Of a stretch of DNA of 33,385 bases, positions 1-12,083 are shown in pieces (positions within the stretch are counted from its first letter, which is position 1; every line of letters starts with the position of its first letter). The stretch covers positions 1-33,385 of the forward strand of contig JWZX01002756.1 of assembly GCA_001275005.1 (NCBI GenBank), read 5' to 3'. The DNA is from Chrysochromulina tobinii (lineage: Eukaryota). The position numbers were made by a program, and so were the translations under genes. The notes below the pieces were generated by a model, which worked only from the letters and a program-made list of their open reading frames with translations, was not told the origin of the DNA and searched no databases.

Positions 1-27
1 GTTCTCTCAAACCAGCTACTGATCGTG

Positions 28-59
<32 letters not shown>

Positions 60-233
60 AATCAGGCGTGAGCTCATCCTTAGGCAGCCTAAGCTATTTC
101 ATCTCTCGACATATAAAGATTTAGCAACCGTTTCCAGAAGTTATTCTTTTCCTAAGGGCAGATTCTCACGTATTACTCACCCGTTCGCCACTAAAGTTAA
201 AAACTTTCGTTCGACTTGCATGTGTTAAGCATA

Positions 234-272
<39 letters not shown>

Positions 273-275
273 GGT
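1..275 (-). rRNA. rrs: 16S rRNA, 5' part (operon copy A, runs off the window start)
   Basis: Reverse complement reads AGAGTTTGATCCTGGCTCAG...TGCAAGTCGAACG and matches 31316-31590 apart from 4 substitutions. Confidence 0.97.
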
Positions 276-318
276 ACTTCTTCTTTTTTTTAATTATTGA
301 AAATTAAACTTTTAATCT
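1..318. repeat. rDNA inverted repeat, copy A edge (pairs with 31274-31590 and beyond)
   Basis: Reverse-complement alignment to 31274-31590 shows 5 substitutions and 1 indel; similarity stops at 318/31274. Confidence 0.93.
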
Positions 319-325
319 GAAAGGA

Positions 326-355
326 ATTGTAGCAGACTAACAAAACGTATGTCAA
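326..355 (-). promoter_or_regulatory. Sigma70-type promoter of rRNA operon A
   Basis: Minus strand TTGACA (355-350), 18-nt spacer ending TGC, TACAAT (331-326), directly upstream of the 16S leader. Confidence 0.8.
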
Positions 356-711
356 GGTATGAAACTGAAGGTTTTTTAATTCTTTTTATTTTATTAAGCT
401 TTTCAATTATTAAGTATAATAATTCAATGCTAATAAGACTATTTTTAGTACTTTAAATAAAGAAATATATAATGTTCCTGTAATTTATTTAGACAAGTAA
501 TTACAAATAAATTAGAAATTTTATTAAGATTTTCGAAAAAAAATACGCGTAAATTAGTTTATTTAATGTAAAATAATAAATTAGAAAGCTTTTACTTCGT
601 TGGAAATCTAGTCTTAAGGTTTGTCATTTTTGTTATTAATTAGATTTTTTTCATAAAATTGCAGCGATTTAAAGATTTCGTATTTGTAAGTCTCAAAAAA
701 GGAGAGTAAAA

Positions 712-2970
712 ATGAAAGTTAGCTCGAAAGAATTAGAGGCGAAAAAAGTTAAAGTTGTTGTAGATAAAAACCCAGTTGCCACGTCATTTGAAAAGTGGGC
801 ACAGCCAGGGCATTTTTCTCGTACATTAGCAAAAGGACCAAAGACTACAACATGGATTTGGAACTTACACGCTGATGCACATGACTTTGATAGCCAAACT
901 AGTTCGTTAGAAGATATTTCTAGAAAGATTTTTAGTGCACACTTTGGTCAATTATCATTAATTGTACTTTGGATTAGTGGTATGTACTTCCACGGTGCAC
1001 GTTTCTCAAACTATTCAGCATGGTTAAGCAGTCCAACTACTATTAAGCCAAGTGCACAAGTTGTTTGGCCTGTGGTCGGCCAAGAAATTCTAAATGGTGA
1101 CGTTGGTGGGGGGTTCTCTGGTGTTCAAATTACATCAGGATTCTTCCAACTTTGGCGTGCATCAGGTATTACTAATGAAACAGAACTTTATTGGACTGCT
1201 ATGGGCGGTCTATTACTATCAGCGGCATTAGTTTTCGCAGGTTGGTTCCATTATCACAAAGCAGCTCCTAAGCTTGAGTGGTTCCAGAATGTTGAGTCAA
1301 TGATGAACCACCACCTAGCAGGTTTACTAGGTTTAGGTTGTTTATCTTGGTCAGGGCACCAGATTCATATTAGTTTACCGGTAAACAAACTTCTTGATGC
1401 AGGTGTTGCACCACAAGAAATTCCTTTACCTCACGAACTTCTATTTAATCAAGAACTAATGGGTCAACTTTACCCAAGTTTCAAGAAAGGTTTACTACCG
1501 TTCTTCACACTTAATTGGAGTGAGTACTCTGACTTTCTTACATTTAAAGGTGGTCTAAACCCTATTACAGGCAGTCTTTGGTTAAGTGACACGGCTCACC
1601 ACCACTTAGCGTTAGCCGTACTATTTATCTTCGCTGGACACATGTACCGTACTAACTGGGGTATTGGTCACAGTATGAAAGAGATCCTTGAAGCTCATAA
1701 AGGTCCATTAACAGGTGAAGGTCATAAAGGTCTTTATGAAATTTTAACAACTTCGTGGCACGCACAACTAGCTATTAACCTAGCAATGATGGGTTCACTA
1801 AGTATAATTGTTGCTCACCACATGTATGCAATGCCGCCGTACCCATACATCGGCATTGACTACCCAACGCAGCTTTGTCTATTCACACACCACATGTGGA
1901 TTGGTGGATTCTGTGTTGTAGGTGCTGGAGCTCACGCGTCAATATTCATGGTTCGTGATTACAGTCCTGTACAGTCATACAACAACCTGCTAGATCGTGT
2001 TCTAAGACACCGTGATGCGATTATTTCACATTTAAACTGGGTTTGTATTTTCCTTGGAACGCACAGTTTTGGTTTATATATTCATAACGATACTATGCGT
2101 GCGTTAGGTAGACCCCAAGATATGTTCTCGGATAAAGCAATCCAGTTACAACCTATTTTTGCTAAATGGATTCAGTCACTTCACACATTAGCTCCAGGTA
2201 GTACAGCACCTAATGCTCTTGCTACATCAAGTTATGCGTTTGGTGGAGATGTTGTAGCAGTAAACGGTAAAATTGCTATGATGCCTATTTCATTAGGCAC
2301 TGCAGATTTCCTGGTTCACCATATTCACGCTTTTACAATTCACGTAACAGTACTGATCCTACTTAAGGGTACACTATTCGCACGTAGTTCACGTCTGATA
2401 CCGGATAAAGCAAACTTAGGTTTCCGTTTCCCTTGTGATGGTCCTGGTCGTGGTGGTACTTGTCAGGTATCCGCATGGGACCATGTTTTCCTTGGTCTTT
2501 TCTGGATGTACAATTCAATCTCTGTAGTTATTTTCCACTTCAGCTGGAAAATGCAATCTGATGTTTGGGGTACAATCTCAGACTCAGGAAAAATTTCACA
2601 CATAACAGGGGGTAACTTCGCTAACAGTGCACTTGCTATTAACGGTTGGCTACGTGATTTCTTATGGTCACAAGCTTCTCAAGTTATTCAATCGTATGGT
2701 TCGGCTCTTTCGGCATACGGGCTTATTTTCCTTGGTGCTCACTTCATTTGGGCGTTTAGTTTAATGTTCTTATTCAGTGGACGTGGTTACTGGCAAGAAC
2801 TTATCGAATCAATTGTATGGGCTCACAACAAACTTAAGTTAGCTCCTTCAATACAACCACGTGCACTAAGTATTACACAAGGTCGTGCGGTTGGTTTAGC
2901 TCACTATTTACTAGGGGGTATCGGTACAACATGGTCATTCTTCCACGCAAGAATTATCTCTGTGGGTTAA
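712..2970 (+). CDS. psaA: Photosystem I P700 apoprotein A1
   Basis: 752 aa; [26 protein letters not shown] (FX ligand), [20 protein letters not shown] ribosome-binding site at about 701. Confidence 0.99.
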   Translation: MKVSSKELEAKKVKVVVDKNPVATSFEKWAQPGHFSRTLAKGPKTTTWIWNLHADAHDFDSQTSSLEDISRKIFSAHFGQLSLIVLWISGMYFHGARFSNYSAWLSSPTTIKPSAQVVWPVVGQEILNGDVGGGFSGVQITSGFFQLWRASGITNETELYWTAMGGLLLSAALVFAGWFHYHKAAPKLEWFQNVESMMNHHLAGLLGLGCLSWSGHQIHISLPVNKLLDAGVAPQEIPLPHELLFNQELMGQLYPSFKKGLLPFFTLNWSEYSDFLTFKGGLNPITGSLWLSDTAHHHLALAVLFIFAGHMYRTNWGIGHSMKEILEAHKGPLTGEGHKGLYEILTTSWHAQLAINLAMMGSLSIIVAHHMYAMPPYPYIGIDYPTQLCLFTHHMWIGGFCVVGAGAHASIFMVRDYSPVQSYNNLLDRVLRHRDAIISHLNWVCIFLGTHSFGLYIHNDTMRALGRPQDMFSDKAIQLQPIFAKWIQSLHTLAPGSTAPNALATSSYAFGGDVVAVNGKIAMMPISLGTADFLVHHIHAFTIHVTVLILLKGTLFARSSRLIPDKANLGFRFPCDGPGRGGTCQVSAWDHVFLGLFWMYNSISVVIFHFSWKMQSDVWGTISDSGKISHITGGNFANSALAINGWLRDFLWSQASQVIQSYGSALSAYGLIFLGAHFIWAFSLMFLFSGRGYWQELIESIVWAHNKLKLAPSIQPRALSITQGRAVGLAHYLLGGIGTTWSFFHARIISVG

Positions 2971-2991
2971 TTAAAGAAACAAATAATTTTT

Positions 2992-5196
2992 ATGGCTACT
3001 AAATTTCCTAAGTTTAGTCAAGCACTTGCACAAGATCCCGCTACTAGAAGAATTTGGTACGGAATTGCAACTGCTCACGACCTTGAAAGCCATGATGGAA
3101 TGACTGAAGAAAGTCTTTATCAAAAGATCTTTGCTTCACATTTTGGTCATCTGGCAATAATATTTTTATGGACATCCGGCAATTTATTCCATGTAGCTTG
3201 GCAGGGCAATTTCCAACAATGGGTATTAAACCCATTAAAGGTTAAACCTATTGCACACGCAATTTGGGATCCTCACTTTGGTCAATCAGCTATCAAAGCA
3301 TTCACAAGAGGAGGGGTATCTTATCCAGTAAATATCGCAACCTCTGGTGTATATCACTGGTGGTACACAATTGGTATGAGATCAAATAGTGATCTTTACT
3401 TTGGGGCTTTGGGTTTACTTATGCTGTCTTGTACATTACTTTTTGCAGGTTGGCTACACCTACAACCTAAGTTCAGACCTGGTCTAGCTTGGTTTAAAAA
3501 CAACGAATCAAGACTAAATCACCATTTATCAGGTTTATTTGGTGTAAGCTCACTAGCGTGGTCAGGACACTTAATTCACGTAGCGATCCCAGAATCACGT
3601 GGTCAACACATTAGATGGGACAATTTTACGTCAACTCTACCGCACCCAGAAGGTTTAACACCTTTCTTTACTGGAAATTGGGGTGTTTACGCTGAAAACC
3701 CAGATACTGCTAAACATATCTTTGGTACTGCAGAAGGTGCTGGTACTGCAATTTTAACATTCCTTGGTGGTTTCCACCCTCAGACTCAATCAATGTGGCT
3801 GACGGATATTGCGCACCACCATCTAGCAATTGCTATCGTGTTTATCTTCGCAGGACACATGTACCGTACTAACTGGGGTATTGGTCACAGTATGAAAGAG
3901 ATTCTTGATGCACATGTACCGCCAAGAGGTCGTCTCGGCGCAGGTCACCGTGGTTTATTTGAAACAATTACAGATAGTTTACACATGCAACTAGGGTTAG
4001 CCCTAGCGTCTATTGGTGTTGCTACATCTTTAGTTGCTCAGCACATGTATGCTCTTCCTTCGTATGCGTTTATGGCAAAGGATTACGTTACACAAGCAGC
4101 TCTTTACACACACCACCAATACATCGCAGGATTCTTAATGGTTGGTGCTTTCGCTCACGGAGCTATTTTCTTCGTTAGAGACTTCGATCCAGAAGTTAAC
4201 AAAGACAACGTATTAGCAAGAATGCTTCAACATAAAGAAGCTATTATCTCACACTTAAGTTGGGTATCTCTGTTCCTAGGATTCCATACACTAGGTTTAT
4301 ACATTCACAATGATACGTGTGTAGCATTTGGTCAACCAGAAAAACAAATCCTATTTGAGCCGGTATTTGCTCAATTTATCCAAGCAGCTTCGGGTAAAGC
4401 GGTTTACGGTTTTGATGTACTTCTTTCCTCGTCTACAAGTGCGGCTAGTGTCGCTAGTAGTAAGATTTGGCTACCTGGTTGGATAGAAGCTATTAACAGT
4501 GGTAAGAATTCACTATTCCTAACAATTGGGCCTGGAGATTTCTTAGTTCACCACGCTATTGCTTTAGGTCTTCACACTACAACTCTAATTCTAGTAAAAG
4601 GTGCTCTAGACGCACGTGGTTCTAAACTGATGCCAGATAAAAAGGATTTTGGTTACAGTTTCCCATGTGATGGTCCAGGTCGTGGTGGTACTTGTGATAT
4701 CTCTGCTTGGGATGCCTTCTACCTAGCAATGTTCTGGATGTTAAACACAATTGGTTGGGTAACATTCTATTGGCACTGGAAGCACATGACGATTTGGGGT
4801 GGTAATGCTGCAGCTTTCAACGAATCTTCAACTTACATCATGGGTTGGTTAAGAGACTACCTATGGTTAAACTCATCACCGTTAATTAACGGTTATAACC
4901 CATTTGGTATGAATGCACAAGCAGTTTGGGCATGGATGTTCCTTTTTGGACACTTAATTTGGGCAACTGGTTTCATGTTCCTAATTTCTTGGAGAGGTTA
5001 CTGGCAAGAACTTATCGAAACACTAGTATGGGCACACGAGCGTACGCCGTTAGCAAACCTAGTTCGTTGGAAAGATAAGCCGATTGCGTTATCTATCGTT
5101 CAAGCACGACTTGTAGGTCTAGCACATTTTGCTATTGGTTATATTTTCACGTATGCACCTTTCGTAATCGCTTCTACTACAGGTAAGTTTAGTTAA
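2992..5196 (+). CDS. psaB: Photosystem I P700 apoprotein A2
   Basis: 734 aa; [34 protein letters not shown]; follows psaA. Confidence 0.99.
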   Translation: MATKFPKFSQALAQDPATRRIWYGIATAHDLESHDGMTEESLYQKIFASHFGHLAIIFLWTSGNLFHVAWQGNFQQWVLNPLKVKPIAHAIWDPHFGQSAIKAFTRGGVSYPVNIATSGVYHWWYTIGMRSNSDLYFGALGLLMLSCTLLFAGWLHLQPKFRPGLAWFKNNESRLNHHLSGLFGVSSLAWSGHLIHVAIPESRGQHIRWDNFTSTLPHPEGLTPFFTGNWGVYAENPDTAKHIFGTAEGAGTAILTFLGGFHPQTQSMWLTDIAHHHLAIAIVFIFAGHMYRTNWGIGHSMKEILDAHVPPRGRLGAGHRGLFETITDSLHMQLGLALASIGVATSLVAQHMYALPSYAFMAKDYVTQAALYTHHQYIAGFLMVGAFAHGAIFFVRDFDPEVNKDNVLARMLQHKEAIISHLSWVSLFLGFHTLGLYIHNDTCVAFGQPEKQILFEPVFAQFIQAASGKAVYGFDVLLSSSTSAASVASSKIWLPGWIEAINSGKNSLFLTIGPGDFLVHHAIALGLHTTTLILVKGALDARGSKLMPDKKDFGYSFPCDGPGRGGTCDISAWDAFYLAMFWMLNTIGWVTFYWHWKHMTIWGGNAAAFNESSTYIMGWLRDYLWLNSSPLINGYNPFGMNAQAVWAWMFLFGHLIWATGFMFLISWRGYWQELIETLVWAHERTPLANLVRWKDKPIALSIVQARLVGLAHFAIGYIFTYAPFVIASTTGKFS

Positions 5197-5225
5197 TCAA
5201 GGTTCATACTGCACCTAATTTAGCA

Positions 5226-5293
5226 AAATTTATTTAAGAAACAAAGTCCAGGTCAACTTAAATTGACCTGGACTTTGTTTCTTAAATAAATTT
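5226..5293. terminator. 31-bp perfect hairpin 3' of psaB
   Basis: AAATTTATTTAAGAAACAAAGTCCAGGTCAA, loop CTTAAA, then the exact reverse complement. Confidence 0.85.
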
Positions 5294-5371
5294 ATTATTA
5301 AAATAGGACTTGTTATTTAGTTAAATATATTGGATAATATTCTTGAATAAATTAATATTTTATATAAGAAA

Positions 5372-5445
5372 CGGGATGTAGCGCAGTTTGGTAGCGCATC
5401 TGCCTTGGGAGCAGGGTGTCGCAGGTTCAAATCCTGTCATCCCGA
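5372..5445 (+). tRNA. trnP: tRNA-Pro(UGG)
   Basis: CGGGATG/CATCCCG acceptor stem, anticodon loop CT-TGG-GA, GGTTCAAATCC T-arm. Confidence 0.96.
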
Positions 5446-5462
5446 TTAATGTATTAAAAAAA

Positions 5463-5678
5463 CTAACCCCCTCCGGCCATAGAAAGAATTTCTAAGCAGT
5501 CATTGTGTTTTAAAAATGTTTTAGGCCAAGAGGTAACTTCTAGGATATAACCATTATAATCAACGACGATAACGTTTTTATTAAAGCCCATATAATTAGT
5601 TAATTCTAAGACGGAAAAGGGTTCCTGAAAAAAACATTTAAAACCGTTAATTTTTAAAATTTTCAGCTGTTTTTGCAT
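5463..5678 (-). CDS. thiS: Thiamine biosynthesis sulfur carrier ThiS (ycf40)
   Basis: 71 aa with ING near the N-terminus, VVDYNG, and C-terminal LEILSMAGGG. Confidence 0.88.
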   Translation of the reverse strand: MQKQLKILKINGFKCFFQEPFSVLELTNYMGFNKNVIVVDYNGYILEVTSWPKTFLKHNDCLEILSMAGGG

Positions 5679-5825
5679 TAGCAGTAATAATATGATTTTT
5701 AAAATGTAGGTACTTAAATTAAGTTAATAAAATCTCTATTTTATAGAATAAGATTTTCTAACAAATACTGATATAATAACATTAGTAAAAAATAAATAAA
5801 TCTTTACAAAAACTAAGTTTAGTAT

Positions 5826-6263
5826 ATGGCGGAATTTGTTAAACCGTATAATAATGATCCTTTCGTAGGAAATTTATCTACACCAGTAACGACTTCAACA
5901 GCAACTAAAATCTACCTAGGCAATTTACCAATTTATAGAAAAGGATTATCTCCACTATTAAGAGGCCTTGAAATTGGTATGGCTCACGGGTACTTTTTAA
6001 TCGGTCCTTTTTATATTTTAGGACCACTTCGCAATTCTGAGAATGCTTTACTAATAGGTATGTTCTCTGCGTTAGGTTTAATTTTAATCCTAACTCTTGG
6101 GCTAACAACTTACGGACTCGCTTCTTTTCAAGATGATGGTAAATTAGAAGGTTTAGAATCTTCGAAAGGCTGGCGTGAATTCACAAGTGGCTTCTTCATT
6201 GGTGCCTTTGGTGGTGATATTGTTGCATATATCCTACTAGCTAATATTTCTTTTTTCGCATAA
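5826..6263 (+). CDS. psaL: Photosystem I subunit XI
   Basis: [41 protein letters not shown]. Confidence 0.97.
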   Translation: MAEFVKPYNNDPFVGNLSTPVTTSTATKIYLGNLPIYRKGLSPLLRGLEIGMAHGYFLIGPFYILGPLRNSENALLIGMFSALGLILILTLGLTTYGLASFQDDGKLEGLESSKGWREFTSGFFIGAFGGDIVAYILLANISFFA

Positions 6264-6277
6264 TCTTTTTCCATAAA

Positions 6278-6323
6278 AAAAACACTAGGTAAGAAGACTA
6301 ACATCTTCTTACCTAGTGTTTTT
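6278..6323. terminator. 20-bp perfect hairpin between convergent psaL and secG
   Basis: AAAAACACTAGGTAAGAAGA-ctaaca-TCTTCTTACCTAGTGTTTTT. Confidence 0.85.
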
Positions 6324-6360
6324 ATTTAACATAGCCATTACAAAATCCCGTGGTCAAAAA

Positions 6361-6576
6361 TTAGTTAAAACTTAATATAATAGTTAAAACATAAAAAAGG
6401 ATTATAAGTAAGGCACTAAATCGATAAATGAAATTCTGGCTCGAACTCGGACTGCTGAAAAATCCGGCGATAGAACTAGTATTCGAGCTAGAAACAGAAC
6501 TTTTAGGATCAATAACGAGAACTATTAAAATAATTGCGCAAGTTATTGTAAACCATATACTTTCAACTATAGTCAT
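6361..6576 (-). CDS. secG: Preprotein translocase SecG (ycf47)
   Basis: 71 aa with two hydrophobic helices flanking DPKSS...FFSS; sits downstream of petN-petM as in red-lineage plastids. Confidence 0.8.
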   Translation of the reverse strand: MTIVESIWFTITCAIILIVLVIDPKSSVSSSNTSSIAGFFSSPSSSQNFIYRFSALLIILFYVLTIILSFN

Positions 6577-6609
6577 TACTTAAGGTTATATACTTTAAGA
6601 TTAAACGAA

Positions 6610-6708
6610 TTATTCGCCTTGAATCTTAAGTAAACCGAAACCCACGCTTAAACCTGTTAAAGTTAAAGCCCACATAACTCCTGCTGTTGTAAAAATTTCT
6701 TTAGCCAT
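6610..6708 (-). CDS. petM: Cytochrome b6f subunit PetM
   Basis: Manual translation MAKEIFTTAGVMWALTLTGLSVGFGLLKIQGE* (32 aa). Confidence 0.93.
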   Translation of the reverse strand: MAKEIFTTAGVMWALTLTGLSVGFGLLKIQGE

Positions 6709-6749
6709 ATGCTTAATCTGTTACTTTGATAATTGTTTTGTATTCTTTT

Positions 6750-6839
6750 TTAGAATCCGTTTCTGCCCCAAACTACTAATGCTAGAGAGAAGCTAAACAT
6801 AACCATTAAAGAAGACCACCCCAGGCTTAAAATATCCAT
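6750..6839 (-). CDS. petN: Cytochrome b6f subunit PetN
   Basis: Manual translation MDILSLGWSSLMVMFSFSLALVVWGRNGF* (29 aa). Confidence 0.96.
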   Translation of the reverse strand: MDILSLGWSSLMVMFSFSLALVVWGRNGF

Positions 6840-7055
6840 TTATTACTTTTATAAAAACATTATTATTAATAGCTTACTTTAGTATAACACGTGTGTAGAT
6901 GTTTGGTCGTAAATTATGAACTCATTAAATTAAATCTATATTGAGTTAGTAATATTCAATATTTTAGAAGAATTCTGTAAAAAACTAAATATACTAAACA
7001 CAAAAATATAAATTTTTCTAAAATTTAAACCATCAGGCTGATTTTAACCCGTGAT

Positions 7056-7143
7056 AGGAGAGGATGGGATTCGAACCCACGGTACATTAAAAACGTACAT
7101 CAGATTAGCAATCTAAAGCCTTAAACCACTCGGCCACCTCTCC
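7056..7143 (-). tRNA. trnS: tRNA-Ser(GCU)
   Basis: GGAGAGG/CCTCTCC acceptor, anticodon TT-GCT-AA, long variable arm. Confidence 0.94.
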
Positions 7144-7202
7144 TTCGAAATTATAAGAACATTTTAACATTAAAATTTAAAAGAATAAAGATCTAAAATA
7201 AA

Positions 7203-7275
7203 CACGCCCTGAAGGACTTGAACCATCGACATTAGGTTTTGGAAACCTACGTTCTACCAACTGAACTAAGAGCGC
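7203..7275 (-). tRNA. trnW: tRNA-Trp(CCA)
   Basis: GCGCTCTTAGTTCAGTTGGTAGAAC..., anticodon TT-CCA-AA. Confidence 0.95.
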
Positions 7276-7462
7276 GAACTATCCCATAAATAATATATAA
7301 TAGATTCCTATAATACGTCAACTTAAAGAGTTTTTATTATTAAATATTCATCGTAAAAATAATAATACTTATATGAAACCCCCAGTTTTATAAAATAAAA
7401 GAGCTTTTTATGTTATCCTATAATTATCAAAGATAATGACAATTTCGTCGTACGATCGGATA

Positions 7463-9925
7463 ATGTTTGAACGTTTTACGGAAAAAGCTATTAAAGTTAT
7501 TATGCTAGCCCAAGAAGAGGCTAGAAGATTAGGCCACAACTTTGTGGGTACAGAGCAAATTCTTCTAGGTCTAATTGGAGAAGGAACTGGAATTGGTCCT
7601 AAAGTTCTTAAAGCCATGGGTGTGAACCTAAAAGATGCAAGGCAAGAAGTAGAGAAAATTATAGGACGTGGTTCAGGATTTGTAGCTGTGGAAATACCTT
7701 TCACACCTAGAGCCAAACGTGTCTTAGAGTTATCTCTAGAGGAGGCTCGACAACTAGGCCATAACTACATTGGAACCGAACATCTACTTCTAGGATTAAT
7801 TAGAGAAGGTGAAGGCGTTGCTGCACGTGTTTTAGAAAATTTAGGAGTTGACCTTTCAAAGGTTAGAAGTCAGATTATTCGTTCTCTTGGAGATAATACA
7901 GACGTTTCAAACACTAGTAATACAAATCGAAGCAAGACACCCACACTGGAGGAATTTGGTACTAACTTAACACAAAAAGCAACAGAAGGGCGTTTAGACC
8001 CTGTTGTTGGTCGTGCAAAAGAAATTGAGCGTGTTATTCAAATATTAGGCAGACGAACAAAGAATAACCCTGTTCTTATTGGTGAACCTGGAGTAGGTAA
8101 AACAGCCATTGCAGAAGGTTTAGCCCAACGTATTGTAAACAGAGATATACCAGATACTCTAGAAGATAAACGAGTAGTAGCCCTTGATATAGGTTTATTG
8201 ATCGCAGGAACTAAATATCGTGGTGAGTTTGAAGAACGTCTGAAGAAAATTATGGACGAAGTTCGAACAGCAAATAATATCATACTTGTTATTGATGAGG
8301 TTCATACACTAATTGGCGCAGGTGCTGCTGAAGGAGCCATAGATGCAGCGAATATTCTTAAGCCAGCCCTTTCACGAGGTGAATTACAATGTATTGGTGC
8401 GACAACACTAGAAGAGTATCGTAAACATATTGAGAAAGATGCCGCTCTTGAGAGACGTTTTCAACCTGTAATGGTAGGAGAGCCTTCTGTGGAAGAGACA
8501 ATTGAAATCCTTTACGGCTTACGTGAACGTTATGAAAAACACCATAAACTGGTTATTTCTGATGAAGCTCTACGCGCAGCAGCTAAATTCGCTGATCAAT
8601 ATATTGCTGACCGCTTTCTTCCAGATAAAGCGATCGATTTAATTGATGAAGCTGGTTCAAGAGTTCGACTTATGAATTCGCAGTAACCTGCAGCGGCTAA
8701 AGAATTGGATCTTGAGTTAAGAGAAATCTTAAAATCAAAAGATGAAGCTGTACGCGGACAAGATTTTGAAAAAGCCGGACAGCTGCGTGAACGTGAGATG
8801 GAAATAAGAGCCCAAATTAATGCAATTGCACAAAGTAAAAAAGGTAGCACTGAAAGTGCAGGTAAGACACCAACAGTTACTGAAGAAGATATTGCTGAAA
8901 TTGTGGCCGCTTGGACAAGTATTCCAGTAAACAAGCTAACGAAGAGTGAATCAGAAAAACTTCTTCAAATGGAAGAGACACTTCATGGCCGTATCATTGG
9001 ACAAGATGAAGCCGTAGTAGCGGTTTCGCGCGCAATTCGCCGAGCACGTGTGGGATTAAAGAGCCCTAATCGTCCGATAGCAAGTTTCATATTCTCTGGT
9101 CCAACAGGGGTAGGTAAAACTGAATTAACGAAAGCGCTTGCGACATACTTCTTTGGTTCGGAAGATGCTATGGTTCGTTTAGACATGTCAGAGTACATGG
9201 AAAGACATACGGTTTCAAAACTTATAGGTTCACCTCCAGGTTACGTGGGATACAATGAAGGAGGACAGCTTACAGAAGCGGTTCGTCGTCGTCCATACAC
9301 CGTAGTGTTATTTGATGAGATTGAGAAGGCACACCCGGACGTATTCAATTTAATGCTACAAATTTTTGAAGATGGACGTTTAACCGATTCTAAAGGTCGT
9401 ACTATCGACTTTAAGAACACCCTACTTATTATGACTTCAAACGTAGGTTCAAAAGTTATTGAAAAAGGTGGTGGTGGTCTTGGTTTTGAACTTTCACAAG
9501 ATCAATCTAGTTCTCATTACAACCGTATTAAATCACTGGTTAATGAAGAATTAAAGCAATACTTTAGACCCGAATTCTTAAACCGTTTAGACGAAATAAT
9601 TGTATTCCGACAATTAACTAAAGATGAAGTCGCGCAAATTGCAGACATCATGTTAAAAGAGGTATTTGATCGAATTGCTATGAAAGGGATTCAATTGGAA
9701 GTTACAGACCGATTTAAAACTCGATTAATTGACGAAGGCTATAATCCAAGCTATGGTGCACGACCACTACGCCGTGCGGTTATGAGACTTTTAGAAGATA
9801 GTTTAGCGGAAGAGGTTCTTTCAGAAAAAATCAAAGCAGGCGATACTGCTGTTGTTGATGTAGGTGATGATAACAAAGTTAAAGTATTACTTGGAGAAAA
9901 ATTTGAAGTTATTCAAGAAATGTAA
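7463..9925 (+). CDS. clpC: Clp protease ATP-binding subunit ClpC, interrupted by an in-frame TAA at 8684-8686
   Basis: ORFs 7436-8686 and 8705-9925 share one frame; [22 protein letters not shown] start, Walker A motifs GEPGVGKT and GPTGVGKT; read-through gives 820 residues. Confidence 0.95.
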
Positions 9926-9940
9926 TTAGTTTTATGTTTA

Positions 9941-10012
9941 TTAAGCAATAAAATAGAAACCCCACCGTATTAAGTAAAATTAATAAGGTGGGGTTTCTAT
10001 TTTATTGCTTAA
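9941..10012. terminator. 26+6-bp hairpin between convergent clpC and atpE, overlapping the atpE stop
   Basis: TTAAGCAATAAAATAGAAACCCCACC-g-TATTAA-gtaaaa-TTAATA-a-GGTGGGGTTTCTATTTTATTGCTTAA. Confidence 0.85.
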
Positions 10013-10401
10013 GCTACTGCTTGCAGCCTTGCTTTAGCTTTACGTAATTCGATTGTTGCTTCAATCTTCTCCTTTTTCGAAGTGGCTTCGTCAACTAATA
10101 AAGTAACTTTTTCCAGTTCTTCTTGAGCAGTTTTTAAATTAATAGAGCTTGCTTCTTCAGCCCCGTTACATAAAATTGTAACTTTGTTAGCTTCTACCTC
10201 AGCAAAACCTTCCATTAGAACAATTGAAGTCCAATTATTTCCTGATTTTAGACGCATCACGCCAATATCAAGAGCCGTTAGTAAAGGTGCGTGGTCTGTT
10301 AAAATACCAAGCTGACCTGTACTACTAGGAAGAATTAGTTCCTCAGCATCTGCATCCCAAACAACTTTGTCTGGTGTAATTACACGAACGTTTAAACTCA
10401 T
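10009..10401 (-). CDS. atpE: ATP synthase CF1 epsilon subunit
   Basis: LNVRVITPDKVVWD, LPSSTGQLGILTDHAPLLTALDIG; downstream of atpB. Confidence 0.98.
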   Translation of the reverse strand: MSLNVRVITPDKVVWDADAEELILPSSTGQLGILTDHAPLLTALDIGVMRLKSGNNWTSIVLMEGFAEVEANKVTILCNGAEEASSINLKTAQEELEKVTLLVDEATSKKEKIEATIELRKAKARLQAVA

Positions 10402-10408
10402 AGAATTA

Positions 10409-11857
<1,449 letters not shown>

Positions 11858-11883
11858 TCAAATTAGTAAATAGACAAAATTTC

Positions 11884-11911
11884 AAAGAACCGAAAAAAAT
11901 TCCGGTTCTTT
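11884..11911 (-). terminator. Hairpin between psbK and atpB
   Basis: AAAGAACCG...CGGTTCTTT 9-bp stem; extends by one G-U and two A-U pairs on the minus strand. Confidence 0.55.
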
Positions 11912-11945
11912 TTTTTAATGCGCAGTTTTTAAATAGTTATTTAAA

Positions 11946-12083
11946 TTATCTAAAACCTATTGACGCCTGCCAAACAAAAGCTAATAAAAGAAAAAATACT
12001 GGGATTGCCGGCATGACATCTACGATAGGGCGAAATGCTGTGTATGGTTCTGGTAAAGCCGATAATAAAAAGCTCATATCCAT
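11946..12083 (-). CDS. psbK: Photosystem II protein K
   Basis: Manual translation [45 protein letters not shown] (45 aa); GAGG upstream. Confidence 0.96.
   Translation of the reverse strand: MDMSFLLSALPEPYTAFRPIVDVMPAIPVFFLLLAFVWQASIGFR

Noticed and set aside
25..228. ORF 25-228 and ORFs 31363-31731, 31520-31810, 32121-32315, 32546-32791, 33062-33319
   Set aside because: All are antisense to 16S or 23S rRNA, a well-known source of spurious ORFs.
7436..7462. 9-codon N-terminal extension of clpC from ATG 7436
   Set aside because: The conserved ClpC start MFERFTEKA begins at ATG 7463.
7408..9198. Antisense ORFs over clpC, and similar shadow ORFs over psaB, psaL, atpB, psbK, psbB/psbT, cbbX, ycf35, groEL, rps18, ycf19, sufB and ycf46
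   Set aside because: They overlap well-supported genes and have no recognisable motifs; they follow from codon bias of the real genes.
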